From: an uncultured delta proteobacterium
Lineage (GTDB): Bacteria; Desulfobacterota; Desulfuromonadia; Geobacterales; DSM-12255
Direction of reading: 5' to 3'
NCBI GenBank assembly: GCA_963787125.1
Contig: CAWBBV010000026.1
Location: forward strand, 1 to 64,000
Length of the DNA: 64,000 nt
Shown here: positions 38,944 through 48,717 of the stretch, one piece after another
Layout of the letters: each line of letters opens with the position of its first letter
Numbering within the stretch: the first letter of the stretch is position 1
Translations under genes and position numbers: made by a program
Notes under the pieces: generated by a model
The model's database searches: none
Seen by the model: the letters and a program-made list of their open reading frames with translations, nothing else
Told to the model about the DNA's origin: nothing

Positions 38944-39723
38944 ATGAATGACAGTGCCTCTTCCTTCGAGTTATCACTTATCACTGTCTGTTATAACAGT
39001 AAGCCGACGATAGAGCGTACCATACATAGTGTTCTCGAACAGAAAACAGCTAATATTGAGTATATTATTATCGATGGTGGATCAATAGATGGTACTCAAG
39101 AGATTGTTCACAGTTTTGGCGACAAAATAGATGTTTTTATCAGTGAGCCTGATCGTGGCATATCTGATGGTTTTAACAAAGGGATTGCCCTTGCTAAAGG
39201 AAAAATTATCGCACTGGTAAATTCTGATGACACTCTTCTGCCGGGAACAGTGCAAAGGGTTCTTGATTATTTTCAGAGACATCCAGATTGTCAGGTTTTG
39301 CATGGAGATCTGCTGCTTTATAATGGTGATATTTTGGTAAAAAGGCTAGTACCTGCCGGTCGCTGGTGGTATCCATGGCGGCTGGTGCTGTTCAACCATC
39401 CGGCCACTTTTGTCAAAAAATCTGTGTACGATACATTCGGGCTATTTTCTCTGAATTATCGTATTGCAATGGATGTCGAAATTTTTCTTCGCTGGTTCAA
39501 AGCCGGCGTCAGGATTAATTACCTGCCTGAGGCTCTAGTTGCCATGTACTATGGTGGCGTAAGTAATAGTCGCCCCTATGATGGGTATAGGGAGGCGCAA
39601 TGCGCCTTTATTCAGCATGGGTACCCTCTGGTTGTGGTCTATTTGTTGTACGTTGCCAAATGCCTTTTGCACCACATCGGTTGTATCCATGCTTCACTTT
39701 TGGTTTTTTTGAAAAGCAGGTGA
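38944..39723 (+). CDS. Glycosyltransferase family 2
   Basis: SLITVCYN, IDGGSIDGT, SEPDRGISDGFNKG, NSDD and HPATF motifs. Confidence 0.92.
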   Translation: MNDSASSFELSLITVCYNSKPTIERTIHSVLEQKTANIEYIIIDGGSIDGTQEIVHSFGDKIDVFISEPDRGISDGFNKGIALAKGKIIALVNSDDTLLPGTVQRVLDYFQRHPDCQVLHGDLLLYNGDILVKRLVPAGRWWYPWRLVLFNHPATFVKKSVYDTFGLFSLNYRIAMDVEIFLRWFKAGVRINYLPEALVAMYYGGVSNSRPYDGYREAQCAFIQHGYPLVVVYLLYVAKCLLHHIGCIHASLLVFLKSR

Positions 39724-39741
39724 ATACTTGAGGCTCGTTGA

Positions 39742-40803
39742 GTGAACATCACTTTTTTTAGGCATTCATTATTAAGTCGTGGCGGTGACAAGATGATTGT
39801 CGTTTATGCCAATCATCTTGCAGCTTCCGGTCATCAGGTCACGATAAAAACAAACATTGTCGATACTGTCTTTGCGCTTGATGGCAGGATCTCAGTTCAG
39901 CCTTTGAGGTTCTCCGGCATGCTCGGCACAATTCTCTCAGCACTGCTTGAAAAGACATCTTCAGACGTAATTATTGCCGATATTATTGCCATGGTCTGTC
40001 TGCTTTCATTCCGCAATAGTCGTAAGTTGATTTGCTTTGCCCAGGATTATGATGAATCGTATTATTCAAATAATCTGCAAAAACTTTTTATTCGTCTGCT
40101 TTACCTGCTGGGGTTATCACTCTTTAAGGTAAGGGCTATCGCTGTTTCCAGTGTTTTGGGAGATCTCCTGCGCAGTCGTTTTAATGCCGATGTCAGAGTT
40201 GTTGAAAACGGCATCGATACAAATATATTTTATTTTGATCCAAATCCGGAGTTACTTATCGCAAAAGAGGGGCGTAAGGCTGTGCTCCTGCATTCCCGCA
40301 CAGACTATCGTAAAGGTTTTGACATTGCAGTTAAGGTTATTAGTCAACTTAAGTCACAGTCAACCATCCCGTTTGAAGTCTGGACTGTCGGTGTGCCGGT
40401 TAAAGATCTATTCACTGATTGTGTTCATCGTGATTTTGGTTATGTTGGAGAGGCAGACTTGCGGAGGATAATGAGCAGCGCTGATGGTTTTCTTTATCCT
40501 ACGCGACACGAGGGATTTGGTTTAATGCCACTTGAGGCTATGGCGAGTGGTTGTGCTGTGATTACCACAGACGCATTGTCTTTCGCGGTTCATGAAGAAA
40601 ACTCCTTGGTTTCCCGGATTGACGATGTAGATGCCCTGACTCAACATTTGTCTTTTATTCTCAATAATAATGATTTATTCGGGCATTTAATTGATGCTGG
40701 CAAGAATTTGGTAAGTAGACATAAACTTTCTGCTGCTGCACAACAATTCGAGTCAATTTTAGTGAAATTGTTTGAAAAAACCCAGAAATCAGATGTCAAC
40801 TAA
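39742..40803 (+). CDS. Glycosyltransferase family 4
   Basis: RGG, ENGID, RKG and EGFGLMPLEAMASGC motifs. Confidence 0.92.
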   Translation: MNITFFRHSLLSRGGDKMIVVYANHLAASGHQVTIKTNIVDTVFALDGRISVQPLRFSGMLGTILSALLEKTSSDVIIADIIAMVCLLSFRNSRKLICFAQDYDESYYSNNLQKLFIRLLYLLGLSLFKVRAIAVSSVLGDLLRSRFNADVRVVENGIDTNIFYFDPNPELLIAKEGRKAVLLHSRTDYRKGFDIAVKVISQLKSQSTIPFEVWTVGVPVKDLFTDCVHRDFGYVGEADLRRIMSSADGFLYPTRHEGFGLMPLEAMASGCAVITTDALSFAVHEENSLVSRIDDVDALTQHLSFILNNNDLFGHLIDAGKNLVSRHKLSAAAQQFESILVKLFEKTQKSDVN

Positions 40804-42139
40804 TACTGCGTGGTTCACATATCTCCCGCTTTCCATTAAAAGCCGTTTGGAAGGGCGACAATCTCTTCAAAAAATTTTTACCAATACAGGCTGGCTATTT
40901 GTAGATAAAGGACTCCGCTTATGCATGGGGTTGCTCATAAATGCCTGGATGGCAAGGTATCTTGGCCCTGAACAGTTTGGTGTTTTTAATTATGCCCTTG
41001 CTTTTGTAATGATTTTCTCTACGCTTGCCAACCTGGGGTTGGATGGCATTGTTGTACGTGACATTGTTCGTGATCCGTCATGCCGTGATGAAACTCTCGG
41101 CAGTGCTTTTGTTATGAAGTTTGTTGCCGGAATTTTGACTTTAGTGGTTACTTCAGCTTCAATAACTCTGCTGAGACCAAACGATAATGTAGCATTTTGG
41201 ATGGTTGTGGTGACCGCAGCAGGGACAATTTTTCAGGCGTTTGACACTGTTGATTTCTGGTTTCAGTCGCAAGTGAGCGCAAAGAGCGTGGTATACGCCA
41301 GGAGCTTTGCGTTTCTTGCAATGTCTTTTTTAAAGATTGCACTTATAGTTGCCAACGCGCCACTTATTACTTTTGCGCTGGCAGGTATGGGAGAGGTAGC
41401 AATTGCTTCGGCAGGGCTAGTGGTAGCATACAAGTGTAATGGTCGTTTTCTCAGGGAGTGGACTGCCAATATCCCACGAATTAAACAACTTCTTAACGAC
41501 AGTTGGCCATTGATTCTTGGTGGAGTTTTTCTGTCAATTCATGCTCGTATCGATCAGATAATGCTTGGTCAGATGATAAGTCAGCAGGAAGTCGGCTATT
41601 TTTCAGCGGCGACTAAATTAATAGATGTTCTTGCGTTCGTGCCGGTAATTATTTTTATTTCTGTATCGCCGGAAATTACAAGCTCTAAGTCTGAAGGGGA
41701 AGAGATCTATTTTTACAAACTTGCACAGGTGTATCGTCTGATGACAATCCTATTTATGCTGGTAGCTGTGCCTGTTTTTTTTATTGGTGACTGGTTAGTA
41801 GTGTTTTTGTATGGCAATGAATATCAAGCTGCTGGCAAACTGCTCAATCTCTATGTGGTCAGACTCTTTTTCACTAACATGGGAATGGGGAAAGCACTTT
41901 TCATAACCAACGAAAATCTATTTCGGTACGCAATGTTTGCTGCGCTTATCGGCTCTATAACCAATATTGGACTTAATTATATTTGGATACCCAAGTACAT
42001 GTCTGTTGGTGTTATTTGGGCGATGATTGTTTCTTTTGCCGTAAGTACTTTTGTTGTTGATGTTTTTTTTAAGCGTACGCGTCAGCATCTTTTTGTTATG
42101 GTTAAAGCGATATTCACGCCTTGGCAGTTCAGGGTCTGA
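40793..42139 (+). CDS. wzx: Wzx-type oligosaccharide flippase
   Basis: NTGWL, ARYLGPEQFG, LGLDGIVVRDIV, SWPL and RIDQIML...VGYFSAA motifs; about 12 TM helices. Confidence 0.9.
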   Translation: MSTNTAWFTYLPLSIKSRLEGRQSLQKIFTNTGWLFVDKGLRLCMGLLINAWMARYLGPEQFGVFNYALAFVMIFSTLANLGLDGIVVRDIVRDPSCRDETLGSAFVMKFVAGILTLVVTSASITLLRPNDNVAFWMVVVTAAGTIFQAFDTVDFWFQSQVSAKSVVYARSFAFLAMSFLKIALIVANAPLITFALAGMGEVAIASAGLVVAYKCNGRFLREWTANIPRIKQLLNDSWPLILGGVFLSIHARIDQIMLGQMISQQEVGYFSAATKLIDVLAFVPVIIFISVSPEITSSKSEGEEIYFYKLAQVYRLMTILFMLVAVPVFFIGDWLVVFLYGNEYQAAGKLLNLYVVRLFFTNMGMGKALFITNENLFRYAMFAALIGSITNIGLNYIWIPKYMSVGVIWAMIVSFAVSTFVVDVFFKRTRQHLFVMVKAIFTPWQFRV

Positions 42140-42505
42140 GTTACTGGAGGTATGGTGATAAATTTTGTAAAGCGCTGTATCTGTTTTATTTGTTCTCTAA
42201 TGGGTAGGTATATTAGCGGGAAAGATTCTTATTCTCAGGACGGCGAAGACCTGATAGCTATTGAGCTTTTGGGCGAGGTCAATACTTTTATTGATATTGG
42301 CGCGAACGACGGCTTTTCATCTTCCAATACGTTCCTGTTTGCTTCTATGGGGGCTAAAGGCATTTGTTTGGAACCGGTTCAGAGCATTTTCTGGATGTTA
42401 AGAGCGTTGTACCTGTTTAACCCTCGGATAAGGTGCTTTAATTATGGCATATCCGATCACGACGCTGATGCCGTAATGGTGAAATCCGGTCTTCTTTCCT
42501 ATTTA

Positions 42506-44178
42506 GTTTCCATCCGGAAACGTAACGCTCCGGATTTGTTGATATATATTGCATAAAGTGATTCAGTTTTTTCCTAATCTATGTTACTCTGCAAACCATA
42601 ACGGCTTGTAACTATTACACATTATGGTTTCAGGAGTATCCGGGATGCGACAAAAACTGACACGACAGATGAGCATTTTCTCCGTCACGATGCGTCATGA
42701 TATTGGTAAAGAGCTGGCCATATTTTCAGAGATACTTGACGCTACTCCAAAGATGCTTGATCTCGTATATGCAGACCTGACGCGAGCCGCTCGTAAGGAT
42801 ACCGGTCGCGAGGGAATGACCGCTGAACAGGTACTGCGTTGTGTCGCTCTGAAACAGTACCGTAATCTCTCTTACGAAGAGCTTGCGTTTCATCTTGAAG
42901 ATTCAAAATCCTTTCGAGCCTTTGCCCGTCTGGAGATGGGGCAGTATCCCTCGTCATCGTCTCTTCAGGAAAACATCAAGCCGCTTTCCGAAGAGACCTG
43001 GGAGGCAGTTCATGTATGCCTCATGCAGTACGCTCTTGAAGCCGGTATAGAAAGCGGTCGCAAAGTACGAATAGACTCAACTGTTGTTGAGAGCAACATC
43101 CATGATCCATCGGATTCCACCCTGCTGTGGGATGGCATCAGAATCATCACCCGTTGGCTGGAGGAAGGTCATGCCCTTGCTCCCCGACCTGACTACCGCT
43201 ATTGCGATCACTGCCGCGTAGCCAAGAAACGGCTGATGGTGATTCTCAACGCCAAGAAAGAAGAGGATCGGGTCTCGGCCTATCGTGAAATGACGCACTA
43301 CGCCGGTAAGGTTGTCGGCTATGCCAAAGAAGTGATCCCTGTTCTGCAAGCATATCAGGCTGCCGGTCTTGGTGACATGATGACCGCAATGAATCTTGCG
43401 ACCCAGCTGAAGCGTGCTGTCGGCCTTTTGGAAAAGGTCATCAATCAGACCGAGCGACGGGTGTTCCGTAACGAGAAGGTTCCGGTAGCAGACAAAGTGG
43501 TTTCCTTCTTTGAGGATCACACCGACATCATCGTCAAGAAGAGACGTGACACTCAGTTCGGCCACAAGATATTCCTGACCGGAGGCAAGTCCAACCTGAT
43601 CCTTGACTGCCTGATTGCCAAAGGCAATCCTGCTGACTCTGATCAATACATTCCCATGCTGGAGCGACACAAGAAGGCCTTCAGCAAGATGCCTCGCCAG
43701 GTAAGTGCTGATGGCGGCTTTGCATCAAAGGATAACCTGAAAGATGCAAAAGAGCTGGGAGTAAAGGACGCTGCCTTTGCCAAGAAGCGTGGGCTGTCGG
43801 TGATCGACATGGCCAAAAGTTCCTGGGTGTACAAGAAGCTGCGTAACTTCCGTGCCGGTATCGAAGCCAATATCTCCACACTCAAGAGAGCTTTCGGGCT
43901 TGACCGCTGCACCTGGAAAGGCTGGGAAGGATTCAGACGTTACGTCTGGAGTTCGATCTTTGCCTATAACCTGCAGGTCATTGCCCGAATCAAGCTGGAA
44001 ACAGCCTAACCGAGCAACAGCAGCACCGTACAAAACCTCTTGAATGGTGTAGTGCGTCGTAAAATTGAGAAAGAGCAGATAAAACTGGTTACATGTCAGT
44101 CAAAGCGATTCAAAGCCAAGGCTACCAACAACGACCGGAGATCCAGTGCGTCTCAAACTGGGGTTTCCGGATGGACAC
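42506..44178 (+). mobile_element. Insertion sequence (1673 bp, ISNCY/IS5-like DDE)
   Basis: Terminal IRs GTTTCCATCCGGAAAC and GTTTCCGGATGGACAC (15/16 match). Direct repeat TATTTA at 42500-42505 and 44179-44184. Higher GC than the flanks. Confidence 0.95.
42645..44009 (+). CDS. DDE transposase (ISNCY-like)
   Basis: GREGMTAEQVLR, LSYEELAFHL, RIDSTVVESNI, ADGGF and FRAGIEANISTLKRAFGL motifs. AGGAG RBS before ATG 42645. Confidence 0.93.
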   Translation: MRQKLTRQMSIFSVTMRHDIGKELAIFSEILDATPKMLDLVYADLTRAARKDTGREGMTAEQVLRCVALKQYRNLSYEELAFHLEDSKSFRAFARLEMGQYPSSSSLQENIKPLSEETWEAVHVCLMQYALEAGIESGRKVRIDSTVVESNIHDPSDSTLLWDGIRIITRWLEEGHALAPRPDYRYCDHCRVAKKRLMVILNAKKEEDRVSAYREMTHYAGKVVGYAKEVIPVLQAYQAAGLGDMMTAMNLATQLKRAVGLLEKVINQTERRVFRNEKVPVADKVVSFFEDHTDIIVKKRRDTQFGHKIFLTGGKSNLILDCLIAKGNPADSDQYIPMLERHKKAFSKMPRQVSADGGFASKDNLKDAKELGVKDAAFAKKRGLSVIDMAKSSWVYKKLRNFRAGIEANISTLKRAFGLDRCTWKGWEGFRRYVWSSIFAYNLQVIARIKLETA

Positions 44179-44552
44179 TATTTACCTTATACACAAGATC
44201 CGGGACATCGTGAACTTGTCAACGAATGTTTTGATAAATCTGTGAAAACAATTAATATCCGTCTTGTTACCTTTGATACTCTAGCAAAAATGACCACTAT
44301 TACACGAGAAACTGATCTTCTGAGCATTGATGTGGAGGGGCATGAGTTGCAGGTGCTTCATTCCATAGATTTTGATGCCTATTGTTTCAGGTTGATCATT
44401 ATTGAGACTCACACATGTGATGTAAAGGGAAATTATCTCTGGACTCATAGGGACCTTGATGAAATTGAATCTTTGTTGTTTCGATACGGATATGCTGCAG
44501 TTAAAAGAAATTCAGTGAACACTTTTTATATGCGTTCTCAAGAAAGTCAACG

Positions 44553-45356
44553 ATGAGTTTTCTTAGCACTTTTCGTGTTTGGCTCAATAATTTTGCGTTA
44601 GTAGTAGTTCCTTATAGACTATTTGCGACATTGCAGAATGGTTTTGGCCTTAATTTAAGTTTTATTGCAGGTCTTCGTGCAGTAGCAAGGTTTCTTGACG
44701 AGTTCCGGGAGTATATCCAGGACAACGACAACCCTAATTTCACTGTACGTTCAGTAGACCTCCTCCCGTGTCTGCTCGACCGAACAGCGACGACTCCATT
44801 AGAACCAGTTTACTTTTACCAGGACACCTGGGCCGCTGGAAAGATCTTCAAGCTTAACCCTCAACAGCATTTTGACGTTGGATCATCTGCCATGACGGTG
44901 GGTATAATATCCCAATTTGTCCCGACTACAATGATCGATATCAGGCCAATAAAATTGAAACTTAACAACCTTTCATTTCAGGAAGGATCGATTGTGGATT
45001 TGCCGTTTCCTGATAATTCAATTGATAGTCTTTCTTCTCTCTGTGTTGTTGAGCATATCGGGTTGGGAAGGTATGGAGACCCTGTCGATGCCTGGGGAAG
45101 CGAAAAAGCGATTGTGGAATTGAAACGAGTGTTGAAACCTGGAGGAGATTTGTTTTTGTCAATCCCGGTTGATGGAGAGTGTAGGATTTATTTTAACGCC
45201 CATCGTGCTTTTACCCGCGATTATGTCATCGAGCTCTTTGCCGGATTTGAGCTGATGGAGGAAAAATATATCTATGGGACAGCACTGTTTGCCGATTATG
45301 AATCTGCCAGAGGATTTGGCACAGGGCTGTTTCATCTTCGAAAGGGGTTGCAATGA
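44553..45356 (+). CDS. DUF268-type SAM-dependent methyltransferase
   Basis: YFYQDTWA, HFDVGS, SLCVVEHIGLGRYGDP and FNAHR motifs. Confidence 0.82.
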   Translation: MSFLSTFRVWLNNFALVVVPYRLFATLQNGFGLNLSFIAGLRAVARFLDEFREYIQDNDNPNFTVRSVDLLPCLLDRTATTPLEPVYFYQDTWAAGKIFKLNPQQHFDVGSSAMTVGIISQFVPTTMIDIRPIKLKLNNLSFQEGSIVDLPFPDNSIDSLSSLCVVEHIGLGRYGDPVDAWGSEKAIVELKRVLKPGGDLFLSIPVDGECRIYFNAHRAFTRDYVIELFAGFELMEEKYIYGTALFADYESARGFGTGLFHLRKGLQ

Positions 45357-46153
45357 TTGCACTGGAACATAGTCTATTCAGGAAGCTGCGCACGCTGACT
45401 CATCGAATCTTTTTATACTTGGACAATAGTGGTATGGCTGACTTCGATACTAATGGAGAAAAGAAATTTGTCGAAAACCTTTTCAGCTACGTAGCGCAAA
45501 CTCAGCTTAGTCGGGCAGTTTTTATAGATGTTGGGGCTAATGTTGGCGAGTATACCGAAATGCTTCTAGCGAAAAGCTCAGCTCTGCCAACTGTACCGGC
45601 GATTCATGTCTTTGAGCCGACTCGATCCTGTTTCGAGGTGATTCGTAAAAAGTTTGGAGCACGGGGAAATGTTATACTTAATCAGCTGGCTGTATCGGAT
45701 AACGCCGGTGAAGTTGAAATATATTATGATGCCGAACATAGCGCATTGGCATCGCTGCACAAGAGAAATCTTGCGGCTTATTCTATTGAACTCAATCGGT
45801 CAGAAATGGTAATGGCGATCCGGTTAGATGCATATATCGAACAGAAAGGAATCGCGCATATCAATTTTCTCAAGATCGATATTGAGGGGCATGAAATCGT
45901 TGCCCTCGAAGGGTTGGGTAAATATCTGAACGGAGATTTTATCGACTTTGTCCAGTTTGAGTATGGCGGAGCCAATCTCGATTCCCACACAAACCTGATG
46001 GACTTCTACACTATGTTCGACAAATCCGGTTTTGTCGTTTCCAAGGTCATGCGCAACGGTCTGGAAGTGCGCCCATACAAACCGTGGATGGACAACTTCC
46101 AGTACGCAAACTATGTGGCTATCTCAAAGAAAATATTTGATGGGTTAAAATGA
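45353..46153 (+). CDS. FkbM-family methyltransferase
   Basis: NGE, IDVGANVGEY, FEP, LKIDIEGHE and QFEYG motifs. Confidence 0.9.
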   Translation: MIALEHSLFRKLRTLTHRIFLYLDNSGMADFDTNGEKKFVENLFSYVAQTQLSRAVFIDVGANVGEYTEMLLAKSSALPTVPAIHVFEPTRSCFEVIRKKFGARGNVILNQLAVSDNAGEVEIYYDAEHSALASLHKRNLAAYSIELNRSEMVMAIRLDAYIEQKGIAHINFLKIDIEGHEIVALEGLGKYLNGDFIDFVQFEYGGANLDSHTNLMDFYTMFDKSGFVVSKVMRNGLEVRPYKPWMDNFQYANYVAISKKIFDGLK

Positions 46154-47349
46154 TTCGGATTAAGCCCGGCATAGCATTCAGTGATAATTGTCCCCACTGC
46201 GAAGGGGAGCTTGCTGCGCGCAATGTTCTCTGGCAGGGGATACATGTCTGTGCTGTTTCCGAGTGTAACAACTGCGGCACAGAGATAATTTCGGACTTGA
46301 ATGTCGGGCAAGCTTTTTTTACACCGTATGCAGTTGATCTTAAAAGAGGACTATTATTCGGGAATGAAGTGCAAAGTTTTTGGTTCGGTAATCCGCTCCT
46401 GGACTCTCTGCTAACTCCTGGTAATGACAGTAATATTTCTCTTTATGTCGAGAAGTTTCATTGTCAACCTAAAGTCATAATTCTTAATTGTATTGATTTT
46501 CTGTATGGTCATTCTCTGCTCAAACTTTTGAATGCGGATATTCATTTAAGAGAAAATCCTGACCTAGGATTAATTGTAATTGTTCCACAATGCCTGCGTT
46601 GGATGGTTCCAGAAGGGGTGGCTGAAATCTGGACGATTAACATTACGTTTGACATGGCTCAACGGTTCTATCCACGCCTGGATCAGCTGATTCATAAAGA
46701 GTGTGAGCGTTTTGACGAGATGTATTTGAGCCCAGCCCATTCTCATCCGAGCGATTTTGACATCTCTAGATTTACCAAAGTTGATAAACACGATTTCTCC
46801 AATCATGATTATCGCATAACTTTTATCTGGAGAGAGGATCGAGCATGGTTGGATCATCGCATCTGGTTACTGATTGGTCACTATATTAATCCTGTAAAAC
46901 GGCTTTTACTATTGTTGCAAAATTTTAAAATTTCACGTTTGCTTGTTGTTCTCCGTAAAGTGTTCCCAGGTGCGCTTTTTACAGTTGCAGGGTTTGGAAC
47001 TGCGACTACGTTTCCAAAATGGATCGATGATCAGCGTGTAAGTGCTTATAATGAAGATAGTGAGAGGCAAAGCTGCCAGGTATATAGTGAAAGCAGGTTG
47101 GTGATTGGAGTACATGGATCAAACATGCTTCTGCCATCAGCACATGCAGGTTTGACTATTGATTTGATGCCGGATGATCGTTGGGGGAATATTGCTCAGG
47201 ATTTGCTTTATCAGGAAGAAAATAATCGTATGACAAGTTACAGGTATAGGTATCTACCAATTGAAACCAGTCTTTCAACTCTTAGTACAATTGCAACTTA
47301 TCATTTGAACGGTTTAGACTGGTTTCGAAGTGCGCTGGCTTGTAAATAG
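46150..47349 (+). CDS. Uncharacterised glycan-locus protein with an N-terminal Zn ribbon and a GT61-like C-terminal motif
   Basis: CPHC...CNNC at the N-terminus; SRLVIGVHGSNMLLPSAHAG near the C-terminus. Confidence 0.55.
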   Translation: MIRIKPGIAFSDNCPHCEGELAARNVLWQGIHVCAVSECNNCGTEIISDLNVGQAFFTPYAVDLKRGLLFGNEVQSFWFGNPLLDSLLTPGNDSNISLYVEKFHCQPKVIILNCIDFLYGHSLLKLLNADIHLRENPDLGLIVIVPQCLRWMVPEGVAEIWTINITFDMAQRFYPRLDQLIHKECERFDEMYLSPAHSHPSDFDISRFTKVDKHDFSNHDYRITFIWREDRAWLDHRIWLLIGHYINPVKRLLLLLQNFKISRLLVVLRKVFPGALFTVAGFGTATTFPKWIDDQRVSAYNEDSERQSCQVYSESRLVIGVHGSNMLLPSAHAGLTIDLMPDDRWGNIAQDLLYQEENNRMTSYRYRYLPIETSLSTLSTIATYHLNGLDWFRSALACK

Positions 47350-47357
47350 TAAAGGAT

Positions 47358-48023
47358 ATGCAAGTGAAAGAACTTATAGTAGGAATGTTAAAATATACAC
47401 CGATTTATGCTGCATTAATGAAGTGGCTCAACTACAAAGCCATCACTGAATGGAAGAAAGCTGGATGTCCTGTGCCACCACCCCATGCGATAAAGCAACA
47501 ATTAGTTAAAAGTTTTGCGAAAAAATACGACATTAGAATTTTAGTCGAAACTGGAACATTTTATGGCGATATGATTGAAGCAATGAAAGAAATGTTTGAT
47601 AGTATTTATTCGATTGAGCTTAGTAAGCACTATTATGAAAAAGCCATATTAAGATTTAAATCAGATCCAAACGTGACTTTATTGCATGGAGATAGTGGAA
47701 AAATTTTGGGCGAAGTAATGGCTGAAATTAAACAACCAATGCTTTTCTGGTTGGATGGACATTATTCAAGTGGTTTAACTGCAAAGGGAGATCAATCTAC
47801 ACCTATTTTTGCTGAATTGGATTTTATTCTTAATCACCATAATGATAGGCATGTTATTTTAATAGATGATGCCAGGTTATTCGGTACAGATCCTGATTAT
47901 CCAACAATCGAAGAGTTAGAATCATTCATTTATAAACAGAAAAATGTAGTGGCAATATCTATACTCCATGATTGCATCTGTTTGACACCTCAAAGAACTG
48001 CTGAGTCATACCAAACTTTTTAA
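47358..48023 (+). CDS. Methyltransferase-like protein, tandem paralog 1
   Basis: PPPHAIKQ, LVETGTFYG, SIEL, HGDSG, FWLDGHY and IDDAR motifs. Confidence 0.7.
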   Translation: MQVKELIVGMLKYTPIYAALMKWLNYKAITEWKKAGCPVPPPHAIKQQLVKSFAKKYDIRILVETGTFYGDMIEAMKEMFDSIYSIELSKHYYEKAILRFKSDPNVTLLHGDSGKILGEVMAEIKQPMLFWLDGHYSSGLTAKGDQSTPIFAELDFILNHHNDRHVILIDDARLFGTDPDYPTIEELESFIYKQKNVVAISILHDCICLTPQRTAESYQTF

Positions 48024-48054
48024 AACATCAACCTGTCAAATTTGGGAGAATACT

Positions 48055-48717
48055 ATGTTGAGATTCCTCAAAAACATGGTCAAGAAAATATCTGTTTATC
48101 CTCGTCTTAGCAAATGGATCACAAGAAGAGCGCAAGTAAAAGAACTCATCCAGTGGGAAAAGAATGGAAAGCCACTACCACCTCCACATATCATAAAGCA
48201 GCAAACTCTCATATCTTATGCTAATAAGTACGGGCTTAAGATCTTGGTTGAGACTGGAACATATTATGGATACATGGTGGAAGCAATGCAGAAACACTTC
48301 GACCATATATACTCTATTGAGCTAAGTAGTGAATTACATAATCTGGCGAAGAGCAAACTATATAGAATAAAACACATTGAACTTATTCATGGTGATAGTG
48401 GTATTGAACTCAAGAAGGTTGTGAATAAAATTGATGAGAACGCCTTGTTTTGGCTCGACGGCCATTACTGTTGCGGCGAATTAACCGCCAAAGGCGATAA
48501 GTATACTCCTATTTTTCAAGAACTTGAGCATATATTCAGCTCCAAAATAAGAGGGCATGTAGTTATTATTGATGACGCTCGTTGCTTTGAAACAGACCCA
48601 TCATACCCAGGTATAGACGAACTTATAAATTTCATAAGATCCAGAAGAACTGATGTAAATATCGAAATACTTGATGACAGTATCAGAATTACACCATATG
48701 GAGACTGTCTGTGCTGA
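48055..48717 (+). CDS. Methyltransferase-like protein, tandem paralog 2
   Basis: PPPHIIKQ, LVETGTYYG, SIEL, HGDSG, FWLDGHY and IDDAR motifs. Confidence 0.7.
   Translation: MLRFLKNMVKKISVYPRLSKWITRRAQVKELIQWEKNGKPLPPPHIIKQQTLISYANKYGLKILVETGTYYGYMVEAMQKHFDHIYSIELSSELHNLAKSKLYRIKHIELIHGDSGIELKKVVNKIDENALFWLDGHYCCGELTAKGDKYTPIFQELEHIFSSKIRGHVVIIDDARCFETDPSYPGIDELINFIRSRRTDVNIEILDDSIRITPYGDCLC

Larger units (their letters stand above)
42152..44556 (+). pseudogene. FkbM-family methyltransferase interrupted by an IS (halves 42152-42505 and 44185-44556)
   Basis: YSQDGED, FIDIGANDG and SNT in the 5' half; LLSIDVEGHE in the 3' half. Removing the IS and one TATTTA restores ...SGLLSYL-PYTQD... in frame (241 aa). 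Confidence 0.93.

Noticed and set aside
42152..42556. 134-aa and 136-aa (44146-44556) ORFs as independent genes
   Set aside because: They are the two halves of one FkbM gene extended by IS sequence.
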